Notes under the pieces: model-generated
What the model saw: only the letters and a program-made list of their open reading frames with translations
The model's database searches: none
Told to the model about the DNA's origin: nothing
Shown: piece after piece, positions 49,442 through 64,000 of the stretch
Numbering within the stretch: position 1 is the first letter of the stretch
Layout of the letters: each line of letters begins with the position of its first letter
Program-made: the position numbers and the translations under genes
Assembly: GCA_004431415.1 (NCBI GenBank)
Contig: QPMI01000482.1
Coordinates: forward strand, 1-64,000
Length of the DNA: 64,000 bases
Reading direction: 5' to 3'
DNA from: Cyanophora paradoxa CCMP329
Lineage: Eukaryota; Plantae; Glaucophyta

Positions 49442-51765
49442 CTACTTGCCCTTGAGCTTGCCCGCGCCATTCTTGAAGTGGGGCGTCGGGGTCGGCTCCG
49501 GCGTGTAGTATCTGGCAGCCGAGAGTGAATATAAACTGAAAGAAGAAGCAGAGGGCGAGGCCTAGGGCGAGCTCGGGCGGCGCGGACCTCTCGAGCGGCG
49601 TCGGGGGTATGTCCTTGCTGCGATGCACGTCCACCACCCCGTAGACGCACGCCGCCTGAGGGCAGCACGCGAATATAAATCAGGAATGCCGGGGTAAAGG
49701 TCTGGGCTGGGGGTACACGCCTCGATGCCGAGGTTGTCCCCGTACATCTTGATGCGGAACCAGCCGTCCTCGCCCTGCGGGGGTACGGCGTCGCCGGAGG
49801 GAGGGGTACGCGGTCGCGAGGGAAGGGGGTACCCAGAAGGTGCCCCAGCTGTTGCGGACGATCCAGTACTCCTCCCCCGTCTTGGCGTCCACGCCCCAGC
49901 CCGACACGGAGACGTCGCTGCCAGCGCGGATGAGCCTCCGGAAGGCCAGGAGTCCGACAACTGGACGGGGAGGAGTACGCACTGGTCGAAGTCCTCGACC
50001 TTCCAGGGGTACTTCTCCTTGTAGACGCCTCCGACGTACGCGTAGATCAATGGCTGCGTCACGAACATGCCCTGCGGGTGCAGGCGCTCGTTCGGGGGTG
50101 CGCTGGTGGGTACGGGGGCGCAGGTTCGAGGGCGCACGCAGGTGATGGGCCCGCGCGCGTAGATCTCGGCCTTCATCGCGTGCACGTTGCGCGAGGGGAG
50201 CCGCCCGTACGCCGACAGGTACCTGCCGGGTCGCGGCGTCGAGGGGAAGCCGTGCCGGCGGAGCGGGGGCGAGGATTCGGGGCGGGGGGCACCACTTCCG
50301 GTACTTCTTGATGGCGTAGTGCGTGCCGTCGGGCTCAACGTTCCTGTGGGGTACGCTGAGCTTGGGGGAGCAGGCCGGGGTACACAGAAGGCGGCGCACG
50401 AGCAGTAGCACTCGGGCTTGCAGGTCCCGATCTTGCCGTCGGTCAAACACTCCGTGCCCGTCTTGGCGACGTACACCGCACACTGGAAGAGCTGTGAACG
50501 GCGATGCCGTTTGGGTACACGCGCTTCGTGCTCACGGTATCGTCGGGGATGCCGTGCTGCGAAGAGGGAGTACCTGGATCAGCCAGGTGTTTGAAAAATG
50601 GTTAGGTGGGGACTCGCAAACCTTGTGCATGTACCCGTACACGCTGATTTTGGAGATGCAACGGTTAAACGGAAAGACAAGACCGGCGGAGAAGGTTCAA
50701 GGGGGCGGGGGGCGCAGACCAGTACTGCGGGTGAGCGGAAGGACGCGTCAGGGCGGCAAGGGAGCAGGAGGTACAGGAGGAGGGGGGGGGCGGACCTCGT
50801 CCCCGCCGTCCTCGCAGTTGCCGCAGTCCTGGCAGTTGATCATCCTGCGGCGGCGCGGGGCACGGCGTGAGGCGCGCGCCGCTGAAGGGGTATGAAGGCG
50901 GGCGCGCGTCTGGTGGGCGAGCTGCACGACGGGGAAGCTCGCGTTGCGCGCGATCGAGATTCGATCTGCGGGGCGCATCGGGACCCGATGCAAGGCGAGG
51001 GGCTAGAAGTGCCGAGCAAGCGCACCGTTCAGCGAGTGGATGCTGGAGAAGAGCTGCGCGCGAGGCGGCACGCTCGAATCATCGCCGCCTCGCATATGAC
51101 TTCAACAAGACAAGACGGGGCGCTCCAAGCCTCTTACCCAGCAGCCACCGCAGTAGACGGGAAGGTGCTGCTGCCTGTCCGGGGTGAGATAATTCTTGCC
51201 CGATACGTTGCGCCTGTGAGAAGTCAGCAGATCCCGCCGTACGCACGCGCGCGACTCGTACCAATCCCACGCGTCCGGCAAGTCCTTGGGCTTGAGCTGC
51301 TCCCACATCGGAATCTCCTCGGGGGCGCCCACCGTGTACTGGTCCATGTGCGGGAACCGCTTCCGCGCCTCCGCGTTCATCTTGCCCCAGCGCGGGCCCC
51401 GGTTCGCTGAGATCGCCGCTGACGCGAGCAATCGCAAGATCGGCCGATCGGCGGAAGGCACGCGCAGGCAGCGCACCCTTGGGCAGGATCGCATTCGACT
51501 GGGTTCTGGCGTTCGCGTTCGGCGGCTGCAGCTGTGCAGCGAGGGAGCGATCGTGGATCCCCACAGCGACCAAGGCGAGGAGGAGCCCGAAGGCGAGGCC
51601 CCTGCCATGTGCGTTTGAGAGGATTGAACGCGACCGCGCGCGTACGCCCTCGCGCGTGTACCATGGCACGATACTCGTGAGGTGCTTGCGTGTGGTCCGG
51701 ACGGCGCCCTCTTCGCCAGCCAGCATCGGCTGACGTTCCTGATTTGCTAGCGTGAAGTACGTCAT
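49442..51765 (-). CDS. CTSZ: Cathepsin X/Z-like cysteine protease, copy B (inverted relative to copy A)
   Basis: DLPDAWDW|RNVSGKNYLTPDRQQHLPVYCGGCW..AEIYARGPITC..EDFDH|DVSVSGWG..YWIVRNSWGTFW|GEDGWFRIKMYGDNLGIE. The start could extend to upstream ATGs near 51888. Confidence 0.92.
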
Positions 51766-52067
51766 CGCAGGCTGTGCTCCTTTCGGGCCTGCAGCGATCG
51801 CTAGATCGCTGTTGACGGGTACGGCAAAGGCCGATGGCGCGCTTCGCGGCCGTCGCGCTGGCAGCGTGCTGCCTGGCATATTTGGCATTCACTCAGGTGC
51901 GCCGACTCGCCTAATCGCTTCAGCGGCGCCACGCCTTCGGGTTGTGCCGGAGCGCACAGCGAGCGGCCTAGAGCGCGCGCGGCGACCGCCCAGCGACACG
52001 CGCATTAGCTACGCATATTATCTTGCCTAAAGGGCCGCAGGCGCACGCAGATGTGACGATAGAGCGG

Positions 52068-53568
52068 ATGCAAGCGTCCTACGTGCTACCGCCTCAAGGG
52101 CCCTTCCGCGAGCGTACCACAGGCAAGCAATTCGCTAAGCTAGCGATAGGGCGCTCATGTTCGGTCGCTGGGGCGCCCACCCGCTCTCCAGCCCCACCCC
52201 GCTTTCTCAGCGCCGCGGCTCGCTTGCGACGCCGCTCGCAGAGGGCGGCGTGTATATGACGCTCACGACGAACTCCAAGTTCGCTCTGGGCGCCCTGGTG
52301 ATGGCGTACTCCCTCATCCGGACGAACACGTCGCACCAGATCGTCTGCCTCGTCACGCCGTCGGTCTCCAAGCAGGAGCAGGAGCTCATGCGCCAGGTCT
52401 TCGACCAGGTCATCGAGGTCCGCCGAGTCATCGATTAGATTTCCTCCCCGCGGCCGAGCCAGCGCGGCGCCGGGCCGATCGGCGCCGGGCCGGGCAGGTC
52501 GAGCCGCTGCAGTCGTCGGAGAAGACGACGCAGAGCGACTCGTGGGTGAAGCTGCGCGCCTGGGAGCGCGTGGAGTTCGCGCACGTCGTGTACCTCGGCG
52601 CCGACACGCTCGTGCTGCGGCCCGTGGACGAGCTCTTCGGGTGCCCCGCGCCCTGCGGCGTCCTCGACTCCTTCCTCTGGGAGGTCACCGAGTACGGGCC
52701 CACCGTCAACGGTCCGCCGGCCGCGCACCCCCCACCCGCGAGCGCCTGCCCCCCCGATTCCTTCCCCCCGCCCCCCAGGGGACGTCCTCGTGCTGGACCC
52801 GAGCCTGGAGGACTTCGCGGCGATGGCGGAGTACCCCCCCAAGTGGGACCGCGAGCCCGACGAGAACGCGAAGATGGCCCGCGCCTGGACCGACCTCTAC
52901 GGGCGCGCCTCGCCCCCTCGCCCTCCCCCGGGCCAGCACCCCCCGCTGACCCCCAGCCCCGTACCCCCGCAGCGGCACGAAGGTGGAGGGGTACATCACG
53001 CGGCTGGGCCCGTACGACCAGGCCCTCATAAACAAGTGGGCCCCAGCGTTCCTCTCTACAGACGTCCTCTCAGACAGCCGCTCAGGTACTTCAAGTGGCG
53101 GATCACGGCCCTGCCCTTCTTCTACAACTTCATGCCGTACCTCGTCGTCCCCAAGGAGAAGCTCGGGCGGTGCGGCCCCGGGGCCCCTGCCCTCGTGCCC
53201 CTTCATCTTGTGGCTGTCCCTGCTTCGCTTGACTGGGCCTCGGAGCAGGGAGTGGATGTGGCAGCCGGACCGCGTGAAGATCGTGCACTACGCCATCCAC
53301 AAGGCGCGCGCCCCGCGGATCGAATAACGGTTTCCTTTGCCTGGCCCCCTGGGGCCCCTCACGCGGCCGCGCAGCCGTGGAGCGTCCCCCCGGAGCCCTT
53401 CCTGGACGAGGTCGGCATGTTCGACGCCTGGCGCCAGGTCCGCTCCCTCGTGCTTGCCCGGCGTGCGCTGGCCCCGCCCCGCACCCACGCGTACCCCGTC
53501 CCCAGACAATGGCCGAGATGGTCTCGCGGTGGCCCTCCCTCGCGCATTTCGTCAACGCGGCGCGATAG
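52068..53568 (+). CDS. Glycosyltransferase family 8 (glycogenin/PGSIP/GUX-like) protein
   Basis: YMTLTTNSKFALGALVMAYSL..IVCLVT..WVKLRAW..VVYLGADTLVLRPVDELF..YDQALIN..LPFFYN..VKIVHY..K|PW. Start uncertain (52068 or 52157). Confidence 0.85.
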
Positions 53569-53745
53569 CGGCGGCCGACCCCGCAATGCATACAGTGAGT
53601 TAGCTATAGACGCAGGCGTAGCTTATAATTGAGGAGTTAGTATACAGTGCAGAGAAGATAGCAATTTATTTTCAATTACGATCCGTATGTACAACTTGAG
53701 AAACTGGATAGCGCGCCCCGCGCGCGCGCCTCGAGAGCCTCACGA

Positions 53746-54425
53746 TTACGACGTCTCGATGTCTCCGGTCGACATTTCGATGCGCTCCTCCTCCTTCAGA
53801 TCCTGCGTATGCATACTTCCATGAGTTGAGATCTAGAGCTCGATCGAGGCACTCGGAAATTCAATGCAATGAATTTTGCGCGCCTCCTCGGTGAGCTCAT
53901 CTCCGAGAGCGGGCTCCACATCGGCGTCGTCCTCCTCGCCCTTCCACTCCTGCGCCACGCGGCGCGCGGGATTTGTCAGCGACGAGTCGCGGAGCCTGAT
54001 GATCAGAAGCTGCGCGAATCCCGCCGCACCTCGTTGCCGTGATGAACCGTCGCGAAGCCCGGCGACTGCGCGACGCGTCGGAAATTTGACCGCATAACTC
54101 CAGCGCGCAATTGCGAAATTGCTTGCCTGGCCCTCTCCGAGATTCGGGTCTATGCGACATTCGCAGAGCTCGCACATCAAGATTCGGCGCGCGCGAGCGC
54201 GCGGGAGAATATTAATAACGCGAGCTAGCGCTAGCGCTCGCCACGCACCGCGATTTGTCGCCAGCCTGCCCCGGGCGACGTTCCCCTCGTGCCCCGCCTT
54301 CTGTGATGTCTTCTTCACGCCCTTCCGCTTGCCTGCGGCCTGCGCATGCGGGGCGCGCTCAGGCGCCGGCGCTAGCGCCGCGCATGCGCATGCGCATGCA
54401 CCTCGAGCTCTGCGCGATCCGCCAT
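53746..54425 (-). CDS. Small (about 98 aa) 6-exon hypothetical protein with basic N-half and acidic C-half
   Basis: All exon phases join: MADRAELE|AAGKRKGVKKTSQKAGHEGNVARGRLATNR|DPNLGEGQ|SPGFATVHHGNE|EWKGEEDDADVEPALGDELTEE|DLKEEERIEMSTGDIETS*; ATG in strong context (aaaATGg). Confidence 0.6.
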
Positions 54426-54955
54426 TTTGCTGGCCCAAGCTAGATCTAGAGGGCGCTAGCTATATCTAGAGGCCCGAGGGCTAGAGGCAAGATCTATGAG
54501 ATGCATATGCATGAGGACTAGAGGCCCGAGGACTAGAGGCTAGAGACCCGAGGGGGGCGGGGGCCGGATCGATCGGCCTGCGCACGGGGCACAGGCGGCG
54601 CGACCGGAGGGGGGGTGAAGCAGAAGCGACGAAAGAGACCAAGGCTAGATGCAAATATATGATCATGAAATCTAAAGGAGCTCGAGGCTTTCATGATCAG
54701 AGCCTGCATGCTCATAAGCCTTGAAGAAGATCTAGAGCTCGAGGCCTCGGCTAGACGGGAGATCGAGGAGATGTGATGATCTAGAGGTGAGCAGATAATC
54801 TTAGGGGGAGCTAGGAGACCGCCGACGCCCGGCTGGCGGCAACGGGTCACAACCAGCTGCAGATGCACGTCGCGGTGCCGATCAGCTCAAGGTGCACCGC
54901 GGCACGTGGATTCGGACAAAAAGGAACTGCCCCCGAGGGAGGGGGGGCGCGGGGC

Positions 54956-57122
<2,167 letters not shown>

Positions 57123-57384
57123 CGTGCGAACGAAACTGGGTACAGGCACTTCCAGCGCAAAGAAGCTGCGGGTCTCCAGCAACTTAGGGCGACCAGCAAG
57201 CAAAGCTCTGAGGATATCATTGAGAGCTTCCGCCCTTGGAGAGGAGGCGAGCGGTCTAGGAGCTGGCAGGATCGGGACACGCACGGCTTTAGCTGCGGGA
57301 CACACATAGAGGCCCCACGCGGCGGGAGAGCAGAAAGTAGCTAGATCCATCCGCCGGCAGGGTTAGACCGGCTCCTCCAGCGCC

Positions 57385-60300
57385 ATGTTGAAGAACAAGG
57401 TCCGCCTCGCTGGCGCTGGCGGAGCTCAGCAACGCCGCGCGCCTGAAACCCCGAGCAGGATATAGAGGATATAGCGCGACAGACCGCGGCCACCGAACAG
57501 CTGCGGATGGTGATGATGGACCCGAGCCTGCCGAACCTCATCAACTTCAGTGGGTCGCCGCACCCCGAGGTGCAGTCCTTCGTGGCCGCCGCGCTCCGCA
57601 ACATGACGGTCGAGGGTGCCTAGCCTCCGATCCCTTCTCTGGCGTGCTTCCGCCGCTCAGCCGCCTCGCAGCCCGCGCGCAAGTGATGGTGTGCCGAGAG
57701 AACGGCATTCAGGCACTCATCATGCTGGCGCGCTCCGTGGACCAGGACGTCATCCGCAATGTCGCAGCGACGCTCAGGAACCTCACAGTCAACGGCGCGT
57801 GCCGGCGCCAGGCCGGACGCCGGCGCCGCTGACGCTCGTCTCGCAGACGACATAGAGACGGAGATCGTGCAGCAGGGCGGCCTGCGGCCCCTCATCATGC
57901 TCGCGCGGTCCAAGGTGGCCGAATTTGATCGGATGAGATCTCCGTCGGCCCTCGCTGAGGCGCGGGGCGCAGGACACGGAAGTGCAGAGGGACGCGGCAG
58001 GCGCGCTGCGCAACCTCTCCGTGAACGGTGCTCATCGCGAGAGATAAGCTGAGGAAGCCGAGCTGAACCGCGCCTCGCTGGGGCGCGCGCAGCGGAGAAC
58101 CAGACGCGGATCCTGCTGGGCGGGGGCCTCCAGCCGCTGCTCTCGCTGGCGAAGTGCGAGGACGCGACCGTCCTGCGGGACGCCGCCGCCGCCCTCCGCA
58201 ACCTCACCGTCAACCGTGCGCCGCCCCGGCCCCGGCACCCGGCTCCCGCGCCGGCCCCGCGGCTCCGCTCGCTCGGCTGGCGGCCGAAGCTCGCTGGAGT
58301 TTAGCTGTGGGGGCGTCGCGGGCGGGCTCTGAGGCGGGGGCGGGGCAGCGGACAACCAGCCGGAGTTCGTGAAGCGGGGCGGCCTCGCCGCCGTCGTCCA
58401 GCTCGCCGCCTTCCCCGACGTCGAGGCGCGCTCCTCCTCCCCCCCCCTCCCCCCCCTCCCCCCCCCCCCCCCCTCTTGGGCCTGGTCCGAGGCGGCGGGG
58501 GCAGGTGCAGCGCCACTCGAGCGCCGCCATCCTCAACCTCTCCGTCCTCCGTGCCCCCGCCCCGCCCTCCCCCTCCCGCCCCGCCGGGCTGGAGCACGCC
58601 TCGCTCGCTCGCAGCGGAGAACCAGACGCTCATCGTCAAGGAGGGCGGCCTGGAGCCCCTCGTCGGCATGGCCCGCCAGAAGGTGCCGCCAGGGCGCGCG
58701 GCCGGGGCGGGGCGGGGCGGGGCTGACGGGGCGGGGCGGGGCGGGGCCAGGTGGACGGGGAGATCCAGCGCTTCGCCGCCTCCGCCCTCCTCCACCTCTC
58801 CGACCAGCGTCCGCCCGCCCTCCTCCGCGCCCCTCCCCCCGCACCCCGCCCCGCGCCGACCGGCCGGCCGCGCTCCTCCTCGGCGCAGCGGCGAACAAGA
58901 AGGAGCTGGAGGAGCTGCTGCTGAAGCGGATGCGGGAGCGCGGGGCGGCCGGGGGCGGCTCCAACGCGAGCCCGCCCCGCGACGTCGTCGCCGAGCAGCG
59001 CGAGCAGCGCGCCCACGCCCACCCCCAGGTCCGCCCCCGGCCCCCGCCCGAGGGAGGGCTCAGGGCACTGACGAGGCGGGTGCGCTCCGCGCCAGGGGCG
59101 GGCGCCGGAGCCGAGCCCGGGGCCTCCGCCGACTTCAACCCGTTCGCGGTGCCCGGGCAGGCCCGCGGCGGGCGCGGCGGGGGCGGGGCGGGGGCGGCGG
59201 GGCGGTGCCCGGGTACATGCGGGGGCGGGGGCGGGAGAGGAGCGCGGCGCGGGAGAGCAACGACTCGTCGGTCGAGCGCTCCTCCGTCGGGAGCCGCCAC
59301 TCGCTCGGCGGTCGCAGCGACGCCAGCAACGCCTCCCGCGCCGCCCCGGGGCGCGGCCGCCCGGGCCCGGGCGCGCGCCCGCGGGGCCGGCCCCGAGCGG
59401 CGGAGCACGTCGGCGGACTCGGTGGAGAGCGGGCGGAGCGGGCAGAGCATCGGGGCGAGCCGGACGGGCCCGAGCCCGCTGCGGGGCCAGGCGGCGGCCA
59501 ACGCGGCGGCCCAGCGGCGCGCGCGCTCCTCGCTGGACGCGTACGGCAAGGGGCCGGGGCCGGGCGGGCGGAGCAGGAGCGCGACGGAGGGGCGGGGCAC
59601 GGGCAACTCGAGCTTCCTGAGCGCCCTCCCCGAGCGCGGCGACGCCGCCAGCGAGTCCGGCCAGAGCGAGGCCGACCAGTACGGCCTCTTCGGCAGCCGC
59701 GCCCGCGGCGCCATGTCCCAGCAGCAGCGCCCGCCCGCGCCGCCGCCGGCTCGGGGGCGGCGCCGCGGCGGACCGGGCGGCGGCGGCGCTGGCGGCGGAG
59801 CGCAAGAAGAACCTGGAGCTGGAGCAGCAGGCGCGCCGCACCCCGCGCCCGGGCGCCGGGGCGCGCTGACGGGGGAGGGGCTGGGGCGCGCGCGCAGGTG
59901 AAGAGGCTGCAGCAGACGGTGGCGAAGCAGGCGGCCGAGATCACCTCGCTCCGCCGCCAGATGGGCCCTCCCAGGCCCGCGCCCTCCTCTCGCGCCACGC
60001 CCCCGCCCCATCTCATGCCGGCCCCCGCAGGCCGCCGGCGGCAAGGCGGGGGCGGCGGCGCGGCCGCAGCGGCTGGGCGGGGCGGGGCGGGGCCCGGGGA
60101 GGGGCGGGGAAGGCGGGGTGACGCTGCCGGTGACGGGGGCGCGGCTGGGGCCCGGGGGCGTGGAGTCGCTCCTGGCCGAGCTCCGCGACTCCAAGGAGGA
60201 GCTGAGCCGCATGCAGAAGACCATGTCCGCCTCCAGGTCCCAGCCCCCGCCCCCCCGCTGCCCCCGCCCGGCGGGCCGCCGGGGGGCCGACGGGGGCGGC

Positions 60301-60951
60301 GCGCAGCAAATGCTCGACGTCGCCGTCTCCAAGGGCGTCATCGAGCCCTTCGAGGCCCCCGCCAAGCCGCCGCCCGCCCAGGCCGCCGCCGGCCCTGCCC
60401 CGGCCCCCGCCGACCTCAAGCCGGGGGTGCGCCACGCCGGCCCCTCCTGCCCCGCGCCCCCCGCCCCTCACCCCGCGGCGCAGGCTGCGAAGGAGGGCCC
60501 GCTCCCGAAGGAGGCCTCGGGCGACGAGAAGGCGCTCGAGAGGAAGCGCGAGGAGGTGCGGCGCGCCGGCCCCGCGCCCCGCGCCGACCGCGCGGGCCCC
60601 TCTGAGGGGCCGGGGGCAGGCGGCGGCGCTGCGGCGGCAGCTGCTGGAAAAGGAGAAGGAGCTCGAGGACCTCGCCAGCGCCAAGTACGTGTACCCCCCA
60701 ACGCCCTCGCCCCCTTCTCCCACCCTGACACGCCCGGCAGGGTGAGTCGGGGGAGCGGGAGTGCAGGCGCCTCGGGGATGGCCGTGGGGGCGATCGGCGT
60801 GGACGGGCAGCCGAAGCGGGTCGAGAAGACGGGTGCGCGCGCGCGCTGCAGCCGGGGCGGGGCCCGGCGGGGGGCCCGGCGGGGGCTCACGGCGCGCCCT
60901 CCAGAAACGACGACGACTACGACGACCACGACGACGCTTCTGGAGCTGTAA
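57385..60951 (+). CDS. Armadillo-repeat protein (Vac8-like repeats) with disordered/coiled-coil C-terminus
   Basis: About six repeats of the form GGLxPLxxLA..D.EVQRxAAAALRNL[ST]V; coiled-coil segments; ends in poly-Thr then LLEL*. Confidence 0.82.
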
Positions 60952-61845
60952 GCGGCCCATCCGGCCCCCGGCCCCGTCCCGCCTGCGCCCAGCTGCCCCA
61001 GCGCCGCCGGCCCCGCCCGCACCACTTTCATTGCTGAATTCGTAGTCGTCGAGCGGTTCTTCGAGTCCGTCCGCTTGTGTCGCTAAAATGAGGGTGATGC
61101 ACGAGCCGGGGCCCATGGTCAAGTCGCCCCCAGGCCCCGCCCTGGCGTCCCCATCGGAGCCCCCGGATCCGCGCGATCCCGAATCCCGATGGCGAGACTG
61201 CGCGGGAACACATCTCTCCGAGGCTCCGATTATCGATCTTTTTCTCTTTCGATTCAGGGGACTGCAATACGTCACTGCCAGCCTTAATTTGCAAGTACAT
61301 CGCGTGTCACGTCAAAAATGCAAACGGGGATCTGCTCGGCTAGCCTTGTACGTAGGTTAACGTTTCTGAATTAAATTAACTAGTAAGCTGACAACTGTAC
61401 AGCCTGAGGAAGTGTTCGAATCAATTGTGCTTGCAATTGCAAATAAATTATGCTTAGCCTACAAAAAGAATTCGTCGAAATTTAAAGTTGAGCACGAGCC
61501 CCTGCTTCTTAATCTCACCTTCGTACATTCCACATGTCGCTATTCTACAAATGTAATCTACAACAACATGGCCGAAGCCAGATTGGGAGCCTGACACTGC
61601 AGAGCTTCCCGTATGTCCAAGAAAGCAAATTTGAAGTACCAGCGCTACATGTACCTCTCTTCTACGAAGCGTTTTACTGCACTGCGTATACTGATGGCAT
61701 GAAAAGATGAAGTAACTTGAGCTCTTTGCTGAACTTAATCCTGTACTAGCCTAAGCCTACGGCGAAAAATCGATGGCACGTCAAAGGATCGGGACCCGAA
61801 AGAGGAAAAGGGGGAAATTAAAGGAAATGCGCGCTTGAAGCTTCA

Positions 61846-63864
61846 TCACAAAGTTCGTAGAGGGTTGAAGGGCAGCGGGGGCCGCTGGGCGAGGGCCCTG
61901 AGGGCCAGCGGGGGCAAGGCAGACGCCTCCCGCTCGCCCCCCGGGCCCCCCCATTCCGCCAATTCCGACCACTCCGGATGCACCGCCATCATTGCCGGCG
62001 GCGCCTCTCCCGGGGCGGCTGCGGCTGCCTGCTCATGCGCGGCCGCGGCCTGCTCGAACTTGATGCCAGCGAAGCGGCCCCCGATCCGCACGCGCCTGCA
62101 CGTGCACCCCGCGTCTCGCGCGTCACGCTCGCACGCTCCGCGGTTGAGGTATACGTAAATTCAAACTCGAACCGGGCTGCAGCCTCGCGGCGGACGTCGT
62201 AGAGAATCTTGTACCCCCACGTTCGCCGGGACCGCTTCTCCCTGTAGCGCCGGACGGCCTCCTCCTGCGGGGCGCGGGGCGCGGTGAGGGAGGGGGGGCG
62301 GGGGGAGGGGGGGCGGGCCGCGGGGCGGGCTCGGGAGCGGACGCGGGACCAGGGGGTGCCGTCGGAGTAGGCGGCGGGGGGCGCGGGTGCGGGGGCCTCG
62401 CGCGCGTGGCCGTGGTCGAGGGCGAGGGCGAAGAGGGCGAGGGAGCCGGGCGGCGAGGAGGAGCAGGCGCCCCGCGCGGCGTCCCGGCCCCGGGCTCGCC
62501 GCCCGCGAGCTCGACGAAGGCGGCCCGCTCAGCGCCCGCCGACCCCGCGGCGCTCGGGGGGCGCGGGTGGTGCGAGGGGCGCGCGGGGGCGGCCCCGAGG
62601 AGGAAGAAGGGCGGCCCGGACGCCGTCTCGACCCACACGATCGGGCCCGCCCCCGCGCCGCACGCTTCCGGCTCCGGCTCCGCCGTCCAGAGGAGTGCCG
62701 GCGCCGGGCCCGGGGCCTCGTGGGGGCCGAGGAAGGGCTGGGGTACCCGCAAAGCGGGTCGCGAGTGCCCCGGGCGGGAGCCCATAGGGGGTAGCGGGGA
62801 GAGCACGCCGAGGACGCCGGGGTACGGCGACGGCGGCTCGTCGGGGGCGAACCCGTAGGCGTGGGTGACGGGACTGGCCGCCCCGCTGTCCCCCGGGGCT
62901 CCTCCTGGGGCGGCGGTGCGTGGGCTGGAGCCGGCCGCGGGTCCCGGGGCGAGGCGCCGACCGCCGGGGGCGCGGGGCGGGGAGGGGGGAAGAGGGGAGG
63001 GGGAGGGGGCGGAGGGGGGGCGGGCGCTGGCGGCGATTGCGAGCTGGTGGAAGGGGCGGGGGAGGGGGCCGAGGGCGCGCAGCAGCTCGTCGCCTTCGAG
63101 GCGCCTCCCGGCGTCGCCGTCGGGGGCGCTGCAGCTGGCGGACGGGGCGATTGCATCGGGGATCTGGACGGTGGGCAGGAGCCCGGGGGGGATCCAGGCG
63201 CGCTCCGCATCGGGGGCCGGGAGGGGCGGCGCCGGCGGGAGCTCGGAGGCGGGGCGGAAGTCGAAGGGGCGCTGCGCCCCCGGCTGGGGCTCGCCCCGTC
63301 GATGTGGGGGGGGCGGAGGAGGTCGCGATCGTCGCCGCCGGGCTCGGGGCGGCCTGCGGGGCCGGCGCGCGCCCTCCGAGGTGAGAGGAAGCTCGAGGCA
63401 CGCGCACATCATATGTATATGCTTCATCAAGGGGAAGGGGGGGGGAAGGGAGGGGGGGGGAGCGGGTGAGAGGGGGTGGGGGTGGGGGGGGGGGGGGGGG
63501 GGGGGGGTCTCACCGGGAGGAGACTTGCGGGGATTGAGCGGACGATGAGTCGGGCGAGCCCCGCACCCGGCGCCGCCGGCGGGCCGGGGCCTCCGGCGGT
63601 GGAGAGGGGCCTGGGGCGCCTATCCGCTGCGAGGGGGCGGAAGAGGCCGGTGAGGTATGAGCACGACAGAGCGCTGGCTGTCGAGGTCGGCGCCGGGGCA
63701 GACGGCCCCGCAGCTGCGGCCCGTATGGCTTCAAATGCTTGTGCAGGCAAGGATTCCAACTCTGCTTTCACGGAAGCCGCCGAAGGCTGCGGCTGCGATC
63801 TGTGCGATTCTCCAGAGGAGGTCACGCCCGTCGAAATGTTAACGCATCCTAGACCTCTGGACAT
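61846..63864 (-). CDS. CCT-domain (CONSTANS/CO-like/TOC1) transcription regulator
   Basis: Spliced EEAVRRYREKRSRRTWGYKILYDVRREAAAR|RVRIGGRF matches the CCT consensus; upstream exons are Pro-rich; true 5' end uncertain and may lie beyond the window. Confidence 0.8.
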
Positions 63865-64000
63865 CGTTGGGCGCCGCCCAGCGCTTGGCGACGGGTGCAC
63901 AGCCGCGGGCGGCTCGCGACCGAGTTACAACGAAAACGTTTGTCTGCGTCGTGAATATCAATTCCAGTGCAAATGCATAAAAATGCATACGACCTCGCAG

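Noticed and set aside
61028-61340. Possible minus-strand exons (..DGLEEPLDDYEFSNESG)
   Set aside because: Could not build a consistent gene model; may be the 3' region of the ARM gene.

Overview
Eukaryotic, very GC-rich, intron-dense nuclear DNA. Introns are mostly about 50-100 nt, built from CCCCG/GGGGC runs, and many use GC rather than GT donors. The long six-frame ORFs are largely GC-content artefacts, so I spliced genes by hand. Plastid genes (Tic20, NTT, IspF) with a Phe near the start of the transit peptide (MAAAFV, MMEAFA) suggest an archaeplastid alga, most likely a glaucophyte such as Cyanophora (inference). Genes in order: BUD32/TP53RK, P4-ATPase flippase, Tic20, NTT ATP/ADP translocase, CHMP2/Vps2, eIF5, an unknown mitochondrial-type protein, two tandem unknown paralogues, a possible small gene, a TPR-Kelch protein, cathepsin X (+), a secreted LamG protein, profilin, a SMYD methyltransferase, cathepsin X (-), a GT8 protein, a small orphan, an IspF-HisE-HisE fusion, an ARM-repeat protein and a CCT-domain protein. 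The main finding is a plastid-targeted polypeptide joining the MEP-pathway enzyme IspF to two tandem HisE (phosphoribosyl-ATP pyrophosphatase) domains; the junction lies inside one exon and all catalytic motifs are intact. Other findings: a Zn-finger tail on NTT, an acidic tail on profilin, gene-conversion tracts, a poor-context uORF before eIF5 and palindrome-saturated spacers. Exon boundaries are manual predictions; no database search was possible.
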